From NCBI RefSeq assembly GCF_023055435.1, contig NW_025963779.1:81344001-81408000 (forward strand): DNA of 64,000 nucleotides. The letters are read 5' to 3'. Shown here piece by piece: positions 53,561 through 64,000 of the stretch. Under the pieces are notes generated by a model. That model had not been told where the DNA came from, did no database searches, and saw only the letters and a program-made list of their open reading frames with translations. Source of the stretch: Haliotis rufescens (Eukaryota). Numbering within the stretch: position 1 is the first letter of the stretch; every line of letters starts with the position of its first letter. The position numbers and the translations under genes are program-made.

Positions 53561-54210
53561 TGTAGTATATAGAGTTTGTGAATTGAGAGGTGTTTTTTAT
53601 ATACTACTGAATATTATACTAGTAGATCACAGCTTGAATAAATGTACATGTGGCTGGACAAAACGTTGCACATCACTTTTCGATGGTAAATATTACGCCA
53701 TTTAACACTTACTAGCCTTAGGAGTATCGCAACATTTAAGAATGAACCACAAAGTCATGTAATTATCCTATCTATATCAGGGCATAATCATTTAGCAGTA
53801 TTATAGTAATCTAAAATGCACTTCGTTATGAAATGACAATGTATAAAACATAACATTTAAGGTTATTCCGTAATGCCTGTATGTCAAGGTTGCGTTTCCT
53901 TCTTATAGACGTGAATGTGTATGTCATATATGCGGAGTCTTTGTATACTCTCCAGGGAGTTGAGAATGAAAAGTAAGTGTACACTGATCCGTTGAAGTGG
54001 ATAATAATTATAATGAGCATAGCTTGGGTGGAGAAAGTTTTCTACAAATGATGGCGACGTCGTCTATTATTTTCATTACCATCCAAAGAAATCATTTCAT
54101 GTGTATGGGATTTGTCGAGTTGCATCACTAGTTTGAACTTCGGGCGAACAGCCCAATGTTTTTCATGAGAAGCTACTAAAGGAGGTTCAGATGTTCACGT
54201 TGACTTCTAA

Positions 54211-54500
54211 GTAAGTGAGTGAGTTGGGTTTAACGCCGCTTTTAACAATATTCCAGTTATATTGCGGCGTGTCAGCTTCATGTCGGAGGAAAGCCCGAAG
54301 TGATGTAGGTCTCAGACGTTTACCACGTCGGTGAAACCCACGAGCACGGGTATGGTGCTAACAAACCTAGAAACATAATCGGGGCGAACCGGGATTCGAA
54401 CCCACAATCATAGGTTTCTGGAGTCCCCATGGGACGCAACTCTGCACGGCGAAACGCGGCGCCTAATGCGACTGGGCCCCCCGTGCCCCCCCGTGCCCCC
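54211..54500 (-). mobile_element. tRNA-Leu/Ser-like-headed SINE with a duplicated 10-nt 5' end
   Basis: Highly similar to 47331-47608; CCGTGCCCCC is repeated at 54481-54500. Confidence 0.85.
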
Positions 54501-54837
54501 ACCTCTCAGGAAGACACGTCCTCAGATTGAAAACTAGTGAATACCATCTTACACTTTCACCTGGCTGATTGTGTGTCATCGTACCTCAGGAGCACGGAGC
54601 ATTGCTCCCACTATCAACCACTGGTTTATATAATCCAGGGTACTTACACGTAACGCAGTTAATGATGGCAAACAACACAAATCACACAACACTGACGGAG
54701 AGGTCTAGCCAAATAAAACTAGAAACGCTCGTAAAATCATATTGTTCTGTCCAAAATGCACGATTCGGCTGCCAAACATGTATTCATGGCTGCCCTTCTT
54801 CTAGCTTCGTGATTTTTGGTGATGTGTTTACATGTTA

Positions 54838-56560
54838 AGTAGCGTCAATAATAATATAGTGGCGTCACCAGAATAGTAGCGTCAACAATACAGTAGCGTC
54901 ACCATTAACAGTATAGTAAGGTTAACAATATGGTAGCGTCAACAGTATAGTAGGGCTAACAATATGGTAGCGTCAACAGTATAGTAAGGTTAACAATATG
55001 GTAGCGTCAACAGTATAGTAGGGTTAACAGTATGGTAGCGTCAACATTATAGTAGGGTTAACAATATGGTAGCGTCAACATTATAGTAGGGTTAACAATA
55101 TGGAAGCGTCAACAGTATAGTAGGGTTAACAATATGGTAGCGTCACCATAACAGTAGGGTTAACAATATGGTAGCGTCAACATAATAGTAGGGTTAACAA
55201 TATGGAAGCGTCAACAGTATAGTAGGGTTAACAATATGGTAGCGTCAACAGTCTAGTAGGGTTAACAATATGGTAGCGTCAACATTATAGTAGGGTTATC
55301 AATATGGTAGCGTCAACAGAATAGTATGGTAAATAATATGGTAGCGTCAACAGAATAGTATGGTAAATAATATGGTAGCGTCAACAGGATAGTAAGGTTA
55401 ACAATATGGTAGCGTCAACAGTATAGTATGGTAAATAATATGGTAGCGTCAACATTATAGTAGGGTTAACAGTATGGTAGCGTCAACAGTATAGTATGGT
55501 AAACAATATGGTAGCGTCAACAGTATAGTATGGTAAATAAAATGGTAGCGTCAACAGTATAGTAAGGTTAACAATATGCTAGCGTCAACAGTATAGTAGG
55601 GTTAACAATATGGTAGCGTCAACAGTATAGTAGGGTTAACAGTATGGTAACGTCAACAGTATGGTATGGTAAATAATATGGTAGCGTCAACATTATAGTA
55701 AGATAAACAGTATGGTAGCGTCAACAGTATGGTATGGTAAATAATATGGTAGCGTCAACAGTATAGTTAGGTTAACAATATGGTAGCGTCAACAGTATAA
55801 TAAGGTTAACAATATTGAAGCGTCAACAGTATAGTAGGGTTAACAATATGGTAACGTCAACATTATAATAGTGTTAACAATATGGTAGTGTCAACATTAT
55901 AGTAGGGTTAACAGTATGGTAGCGTCAACATTACAGTAGGGTTAACAATATGGTAGCGTCAACAGTATGGTAAGGTTAACAATATGGTAGCGTCAACAGT
56001 ATAGTAGGGTTAACAGTATAGTAGCGTCAACAGTGTAGTATGGTAAACAATATGGTAGCGTCAACAGTATAGTAGGATTAACAGTATGGTAGCGTCAACA
56101 GTATGGTATGGTAAACAATATGGTAGCGTCAACATTATAGTAAGGTTAACAGTATGGTAGCGTCAACAGTGTAGTATGGTAAACAGTATGGTAGCGTCAA
56201 CAGTATAGTAGGGTTTACAGTATGGTAGCGTCAACAGTATAGTATGGTAAACAATATGGTAGCGTCAACAGTATAGTAAGGTTAACAGTATGGTAGCGTC
56301 AACAGTGTAGTATGGTAAACAATATGGTAGCGTCAACAGTATAGTAGGGTTAACAGTATGGTAGCGTCAACAGTATGGTATGATAAACAATATGGTAGCG
56401 TCAACATTATAGTAAGGTTAACAGTATGGTAGCGTCAACAGTGTAGTATGGTAAACAGTATGGCAGCGTCAACAGCATAGTATGGTAAACAATATGGTAG
56501 CGTCAACAATAGAGTAGGGTTAACAGTATGGTAGCGTCAACAGTATAGTGGCGTCTACAG
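54838..56560. repeat. 34-bp satellite made of two related 17-mers, ~50 units
   Basis: TATGGTAGCGTCAACAG + TATAGTAGGGTTAACAA; period 34 (54931 to 54965). Confidence 0.95.
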
Positions 56561-57360
56561 TGGAAGTCATTCCGTTAATGGTTTACTGTATAGTATGCCT
56601 TGTGTACATTCAACCTCCCGCTGTGGGAAAACATTACCTACATTGTTTACAAAAAACCCGTTATCAAAACGAAAATATCAATGTATAAACAGCGATTCCT
56701 TTTATCAAACAGGGAGTATTTGTATTCATTTAGCTGGAACTTTTATCCGGGTTATTTATTTTGTTAATCACTATCGCATTCTTGGCAGGCCGACAGACGG
56801 GGGAAACATGGATCAAATCAACCTATTACAAGAGAGGAAGTCATTTTGCCCTGACCACATGTCACGTGCCGGCAAAGTTTGTGACGTACGTGCTGTCATA
56901 CCGGCAGTAGATTAAAACAGTTCCGTTCACGAACGTGACAACAATTTTACAGCTCGGCGTCACACGAGAAGAATAATACGAGATCGCGTCGGAGTTGATT
57001 TGAATCTAGCGATCTTACACGTGGTCGCCAGGAGGCGGGGCCATACTAGCGGAACATTTGGTACACTTCGCTGATCATGTCTTTGCTTCTAACAAAAGTA
57101 AAAATATCAAAATCAGTATTTCCAACAAATATTATTTGTACACATTCATGCGCGGTTATTAATAAATATGATGTGTTATACAACAATACTGAATTAATAA
57201 CAAACATAATTTGTAGAAATAAAGTCAAAAGCTAATTCGTGTCCACTGATTTACCCACATGAATTACATGTGGAAATACATTAGACTTGTGAAACCGACT
57301 CACCTGGGTCATATCTAGTTCTATGCATAAATATTCAGTAACAATAAAGTATCCACAAGA

Positions 57361-57740
57361 CCAATAGTCAACTTTCTCAATATGTCCAGCAATATTCCAG
57401 CAGCTCCAGTCTTTGGTGTCTACATTTCACAACATTTTAAGTACAATCAAGTATTTCTTTCGTCAAAGAGCATCTAACGACTATTGCTCAAAAGTTGTTT
57501 TGGCTACGGCATTCGAGGCCTTTCTGAGACTTTCAAAAGGTTTTACGATAGATATTTGGAGGACATTTCCAATTTGACTCTTCAGAGACAATAATAGCGC
57601 AAATCCCTATTTTGACATGTACCATATGTTTTCGTGTTTCAGGTGATCAATTAACTTGTCCTGTCATGCGTTTGTGACGGGTGCCACCGATGGGCCAGGA
57701 TACTCTCGTCTTTTCGCGAACACCTGGTGTCATCACTATT
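57361..57740 (+). mobile_element. Decayed 3' end of a Penelope-like retroelement (C-terminal RT thumb plus downstream motif)
   Basis: Translates PIVNFLNMSSNIPAAPVFGVYISQ, then after frameshifts AQKLF / GYGIRGLSETFKRFYDRY. This matches the IVNFP.L.SNIP...YGVYISQL...QKL..GY....FK.FY.R pattern I recall for invertebrate Penelope-like RTs. Confidence 0.65.
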
Positions 57741-57761
57741 TGATAGCGATTCATAAAAGAA

Positions 57762-57875
57762 GGTTTCTTTGTGTCATCCCGGGCACTGTTTTCTTTGTCG
57801 CTCTGGGCACTGGTTTCTTTGTGTCATTTTGGACACTGGTTTGTTTGTGTCATTTTGAACACTGGTTTGTTTGTC
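57762..57875. repeat. Short degenerate array of the 26-bp repeat
   Basis: GGGCACTGGTTTCTTTGTGTCATT-type units, about 4. Confidence 0.75.
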
Positions 57876-58083
57876 ATACACATGTGTATAAAGTACGGAT
57901 ACATTGGACGCTGCCTCTCGCAGACACCTCTTATGAAGATGGAAAATTGAAAGATATCAGATCATCGATACACCTCAAGATGATGAATGTTTTGGTCACA
58001 TTTCCTTGTTTTGATCTTGTTCCCTTGTTGAACAAATGACTTGCCCTTGCAAGTCCATTCCAAGGCGGTTGCCTTTATTGCAA

Positions 58084-58245
58084 GAATCCCGGTTCGCCCT
58101 GATTATGTTTTAGGTTTGTCAGCACTATACCCGTGGTCGTGGCTTCGTCTAAGACCAACATCACTTGGGCCTTTCGCCCCATATCACTTCCTGATGTATC
58201 TGAAATAGTTTTCAAAGAGGCGTAAAACCAAACTCACTCACTCAT
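58084..58245 (+). mobile_element. 5'-truncated, diverged tRNA-Leu/Ser-like SINE
   Basis: GAATCCCGGTTCGCCC..TAGGTTTGTCAGCAC..GGCGTAAAACCAAACTCACTCACTCA. Confidence 0.7.
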
Positions 58246-58903
58246 AAGGTAAACTAATGAAGTGTCATATCTATGTAAATACTCAGCTAAAGATACAAAT
58301 GTATCACAGAACTTGTGTTTTCGCTTTAATAAAAAAACTTTGACATTTCACAAATGTATTTCAACCCTGATGTCTTTTTTATATTTTTTAATACTTGCTC
58401 AAATGTCGGAATATGAGAACACATGTCTCACATCCCTGAACTCTTCGACACTCTGTCCAAATATCGTATCTCGCACCTGTTAATGTTTACTGATATTTAA
58501 TGACTGTGTCAGATTTATCAGAAAGGGCAGCTGTTTTGTCACTTAACACACATCAAACGTTTAGATTCTTGCGGTTTTTATGTAAATATTGCAATATCAA
58601 ATACCCAAGGGAGTTGACGCATCTGCTTCTCGATGTATTAACAGTCGTATATTTGCTTACCAAGCTGAAACCTGTTTAGAATTGCCATACTGGTGGCCAG
58701 GAGAGGCGATTATATGTATGAACAGTTCTGTTAAATTTCATCGTTAATTGCAAATCATGTTACGAGAAATACGAAGGAACACTTAGATATGTCAGTATCT
58801 GTGTGATTGTATAGTGTTACACAAGACTGGCTCCGCTTTAACCCATGCGTAAGATTGGAACAGAAATGAGATCCATTACTTGGAAAGTACATGCATCTTC
58901 GCG

Positions 58904-59950
58904 GTTTCTTTGCGTCATTCCGGGCACTGGTTTCTCTGTGCCATTCTGGGCACTGGTTTCTCTGTGCCATTCTGGGCACTGGTTTCTCTGTGCCATTCTG
59001 GGCACTGGTTTCTCTGTGCCATTCTGGGCACTGGTTTCTCTGTGCCATTCTGGGCACTGGTGTCTCTGTGCCATTCTGGGCACTGGTTTCTCTGTGCCAT
59101 TTTGGGCACTGGTTTCTCTGTGCCATTCTGGGCACTGGTTTCTCTGTGCCATTCTGGGCACTGGTGTCTCTGTGCCATTCTGGGCACTGGTTTCTCTGTG
59201 CCATTTTGGGCACTGGTTTCTCTGTGCCATTCTGGGCACTGGTTTCTCTGTGCCATTCTGGGCACTGGTTTCTCTGTGCCATTCTGGGCACTGGTGTCTC
59301 TGTGCCATTCTGGGCACTGGTTTCTCTGTGCCATTCTGGGCACTGGTGTCTCTGTGCCATTCTGGGCACTGGTTTCTCTGTGCCATTTTGGGCACTGGTT
59401 TCTCTGTGCCATTCTGGGCACTGGTTTCTCTGTGCCATTCTGGGCACTGGTGTCTTAGTGTCATTCTGGGCACCGGTTTCTTCACGTCATTCAGGGCACT
59501 GGTTTCTTCACGTCATTCCGGGCACTGGTGTCTTTGTGCCATTCTGGGCACTGGTGTCTTTGTGCCATTCTGGGCACTGGTGTCTTTGTGTCATTCCGGG
59601 CACTGGTTTCTCTGTGCCATTCCGGGCACTGGTTTCTTCATGTCATTCCTGGAAGTGGTTTCTCTGTGCCATTCCGGGCACTGGTTTCTCTGTGCCATTC
59701 CGGGCACTGGTGTCTTTGTGTCATTCCGGGCACTGGTGTCTTTGTGTCATTCCGGGCACTGGTATCTTTATGTCATTCTGGGCACTGGTTTATTTGTGTC
59801 ATTCCGGGCACTGGTTTCTTTGTCATTCCGAGCACAGGTTTCTTCTCCTGTCATTCCAGGCTTTGATTGACCCCTTTTATGTCCTTCCGGGTATTTGGAA
59901 ACCGTTTTCGTGTCATTTCGAGAATTGGTTTCTTTGTGTCATTCCGTACA
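58904..59950. repeat. 26-bp satellite (GGGCACTGGTTTCTCTGTGCCATTCT), homogeneous core 58921-59452 decaying rightwards
   Basis: Period 26 (58922 to 58948). Confidence 0.95.
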
Positions 59951-62900
59951 TTGGCTACTTCGTGTCGCATCGTATGATTGATTCTAACGTGTTATTCTGA
60001 GAGGAACACTTTCTAAAAAAAATAGATTCCGACAAACGATAGATATATCATAAAATAGCAATGCAAATACACGTTTGCACCTTACATTACAAACATTCAC
60101 ATGCCAATGATGCTTTAAATTCAAAACACTAATAGTCTGTAGACACGCCTATAAATACCAGTTTTAAGAAAATCGCTATATACACCACTAGATTACCTGA
60201 GAGCAAAACAATGCACGATAAGGAGGTGCTGATGTTCCAAATGCAGCTGTGTGTGAAATGTAATGCATTGAACACAGAGGTATATTTGTTACGATTAAAG
60301 ACCGCCAGATGGTGCGAATGAAGGAGGTGTGAACCGACAGGGGTGGGGAAGTGACTTGCGGCAAGTAGAATGAATACCAAGTTGTCGACACTAAGTTAAT
60401 ACTTTGTAAATACCAGTAGTTTGGAAAGATGCCTGAAGTTGCTATGGAAATGATGGGACATAAACCGTTTAGAACACGAACCATTTCTATAATTAGGAAA
60501 ATGAAGAATTAAATGTTGGTATCGTGACTACAAAGCATACAATAACAAACAGCTAATGAGATGAAAGACTCTTCACATCAGACGTTCAGGCACTGCTGGA
60601 GAAAGCGTTACTACAGACAGTCTTACAACAAGTACTGGTCGTTACCACAGCACAGCCAACCCACACCTGGTAATGAGGTGCACGTGTGCATGTGTTGGGT
60701 TACGGTTGTCAAGTTAGTGATGGACCTAGATAAATGAAGTGTCACCCACATATCTCCCGCCATCCCTGCTCAGTGTTCATGATTAAGTTGAAAGCAATGT
60801 CGTGGATTTAAACAATTTATTTTCTAATAAATTTTATTAAGTTGTGATTAAATCACAGGTAGTAGTTACGTATCTACATGCTTCGGAGATGCGTCTCGAG
60901 CACAACGGGTGTGAGGGTCACACTAGGCGAATCGGGAATAGTAGGGAATCGGACACAGTTGAGAATCAGACACCGGTATTGGCTGTGGGAGCAGGACAAG
61001 ATGTGACTTTATCAAGTTTCACCCCTCACGTTTAACAGATGGTAGAGTCGTCCCACAGATGGTGGGTTTCTGAGTAAATCGGTCATTTATTTGTTGGAGT
61101 CGAGCATAATATTTCTGTAAAACAGTGGGAGAAATTTACGAAAGAGCACACTGGTGTCGCCTTTCCCTTGACCGCCACCGGCGCAAAGTGGGAACACATC
61201 TCCTGACACAAACATCCACTCTCAGTGGTGGCTTGTCCATGTTGTGATGGCTCAACCTCTGGAGTCTATGGCTTCCCCTCGATTAGTAAACTCATTTCAG
61301 AACAATGCTAAAGATCCAAAATTGAATTTGACCTTAAACTTCTTCGCTTTGGGCAATGTGTCTTTAAATCAAACCGAAAACACGAACCTTGAACGTTGGA
61401 CTCTGTATACGGAAGTTTGGGCAAGGTGTGAACCACTCAGATGAGACTCAAAGACTCCCATGCCTCACCAGCTGGTGTTCCTTGTTGTGTTTATGCAAAA
61501 CAGGGAATATTTATATGTGCTCGTATAATGTTTCTCCTTCGTCTCTGGTTGTGGGAAAGTTATTGGGAGAGGTTGGAGACTGTGACGTGTGTGAACATCT
61601 GAAGGAAGCAGACCACACGTTGACAAGCCCATATGGCAGGACAAGATCAAATTAGTTCAACACTATCATGAATCAAAGACACGCATATATTTCGCAAGGG
61701 TTTCGCATGCATCAACATCCAGGGTCATAGATTATTAAAAAGGTCTCCATAAATTCCAACGTGGCAATTGGTGACATTTGTTATAATTCTTTGGACTTGG
61801 ACGTTGACTTGTTTGACGGCGTGGATCGCTGCTCATGATATCAATGACTTGGATATGACTTAATGACTTCACAAAAGCTAAGCAATGTGGATTTGTCCTG
61901 ACAGTTATCTGTAAACAAATTGATTCTAAACATAGACACATAAAGGTCGTGTGAGTGGCGGTGCTAGCGGTACATGCTTACCCTTTTCGCGAACACCTGG
62001 TGTCATCACTTTTTTTAGTCATACAGCTATTTCTTCATTTACGCCAGATGGAATTTGTTTCGAAAAATAATCGAAACTGAACATTCCCTGGACGTTTTAT
62101 ATTTAAATGTAAACTGGTTCCCAACAAAACACCTCCCTGTCTTGTCACACCACGGAATATGCACAACTGAAGCCGAGGCATGGGGTTCACCACAGTATAT
62201 GTGAACTTGGTGACTCTTGTAAAGACTGAATGGTAGGTAACCTCTTACTCAATAGGGGCGCAGTGTTTACTATAGCGTTTCCACTGACCCTGGTACACGT
62301 CCACACGTGTCTATCATTATCAAATGTCACAGGGTGATACCTTCAACTCCAGTGTTGTTATAAGGATCCTACTGTTGCCTTCTGACGGTATATTTTCTCT
62401 GTATAATAATGGCAAGAAATATTCCGCCTTATGCAGTGCAGGAGCCCTGTGTTTTCACATCTGTGTTATTGTTATGGGGATTCTTGTCAGTGCCCGAGTA
62501 ACAGATTCATCACCCTTCTCCCATGACAACTATGTAATCTCGGCATTGAAGGCGTACTTGTATAAAGTGAGACCTCGTTAATCCGGACTTTGTTAGTTCG
62601 GACACGGGTGCTACTGGTAGGGCAGGACACTCTTACCCTCTTCGCGAACACCTGGTGTCATAACTGATTTCCAATGATCCTTTCATAGAACTGTCACCGC
62701 GATTTTGTCTTTCACGCCCACTGAAATCATCTTCGGCCGATAATCAAGACTGGTTAATCTCTGGTGTTGACGGTTCATATTCTTGATAAGCAATCAAGAA
62801 TATAAGTAAGCACATATTCACCATGACTTGTATAAGTCAACATAGGCTCAGAGAGTACTTGCAGAATACAAATCATCTATCACTCGTGGCATCGGTAAGT

Positions 62901-64000
62901 ATTTTCCCTGACTATCGTTGGGCCAGTCTTTAAGTAGTTCAGTCATTCCACACCATCTAAACACAGCACTTCCTGACACCTACTCTTCTACAGTGGAATA
63001 TATTCAGTATTTAACACTTACCTGTTCATTAACCTAGTATCTCGTGTGTTTGTCTTCAGTATCTGTTACCATATAATGAGCTGCCAAATACCACAGCAAG
63101 TAGCCAGCTTCCCCTTCAGTGTCAGTTGGGCGCCTTCACGTGGTAGAACTCCGTCCACATGAACAGGCCACAGGTATTGGTGTGTACGTTAACTTCTTAT
63201 TTCATGTTTATATCAAATTCTTCAAAACTTCAGAATGGTTTGAACAAAACTAAATGTTAACTCTCTCGGATTAACCAAGACATACACTCAATACAGCAAT
63301 TTCAGAAGTTTTATGTTATTAATCAAATCTCCACCAGTCACCCCATAGGTAATCCATCCTTTATTCTACCACGTAACCCATTTTACTAAGTATCATTTAA
63401 GAATTGACTGTACATTTTCGGTTCATTGAGTTGAATCGAAAAACCGACGTGCAAACTGTAGGATCCGCGTAGCATACAAACTAATATGCACATGTCCTTT
63501 CTCAATGTATCGCATGGTACATAATTTATACTGTGCAATATTTACATGACCCATATAATACACTTAACATTTGATTTTGTGTGAGTTCATTGGAGTGTGA
63601 ACCTTCATAGAGTGAGGGCCAAGCTGTAATATATATCACTCAGTTATGTATCATGTTTGCACAATACACTTACCAGGTATCCTGTATTTGTGTCCCTTTC
63701 TATAAACCTTATCATGTATATGTATCATATAATGCACTTAAGCATTATGTATAATGTACATGTACTATATAATACAACTGATCACTTAACCATGCATCAA
63801 GCAATAATGTACCAGATAATAAACATGTATTATATATGTACTATATACATATAATACACTTTTCCAAAGTGCCGTTTGTTAAATGTCTGGAAAGTGGGTA
63901 TTGGATGTTTGCTTTGTCTGATACAGCCTAAAAAATATAAATCAGCGCTTTACACATCCATACATTTTTCTCTCCAGGAGGATGAACGAAAAATGTTTTT

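Noticed and set aside
52591-59950. CRISPR-like appearance of the 35-, 34- and 26-bp repeats
   Set aside because: Units are contiguous with no unique spacers, there are no cas genes, and the context is eukaryotic.
58755-60000. Long repetitive ORFs (168-369 aa) on both strands
   Set aside because: A consequence of a stop-free 26-bp unit; all frames are equally open, with no signal of a preferred frame.
63016-63180. Strong minus-strand donor CAG|GTAAGT at 63022/63021
   Set aside because: No supporting ORF or partner exon could be identified; an isolated splice-like motif is not enough.
63640-63870. AT-rich, loosely repetitive stretch with a 65-aa ORF
   Set aside because: Degenerate low-complexity sequence with no definable unit or coding signal.

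Overview
Animal genomic DNA, most likely a mollusc (the SINE repertoire resembles gastropod/abalone repeats; this is recall, not a database result). Positions 1-44053 are a head-to-tail array of a ~3.9-kb unit that runs off the left edge. It holds 12 near-identical minus-strand copies of a three-exon gene (TATA box, non-coding exon 1, two coding exons). The gene encodes a 103-aa secreted Gly/Tyr-rich protein built of GGLYGGYG(M/L) nonamers. The ORF track gets the C-terminus wrong because a phase-1 intron joins ...GGFGK to GIGYGYY*. Each unit also carries a V-domain-like tRNA-headed SINE with a 12-bp TSD, a second retroposon with a non-tRNA head that may fold into a structure, and a (CT)n microsatellite that is N-masked in 7 units. 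The array ends ~160 bp upstream of the last copy's predicted start site. To the right are a minus-strand BTB-BACK-PHR gene (BTBD1/2/3/6 family, ~452 aa), several SINE families, a TIR element, a 5'-truncated LINE inserted in a 35-bp satellite, a 34-bp (2x17) satellite, a decayed Penelope-like RT remnant whose downstream motif recurs three times, and a 26-bp stop-free satellite. I found no prokaryotic systems.
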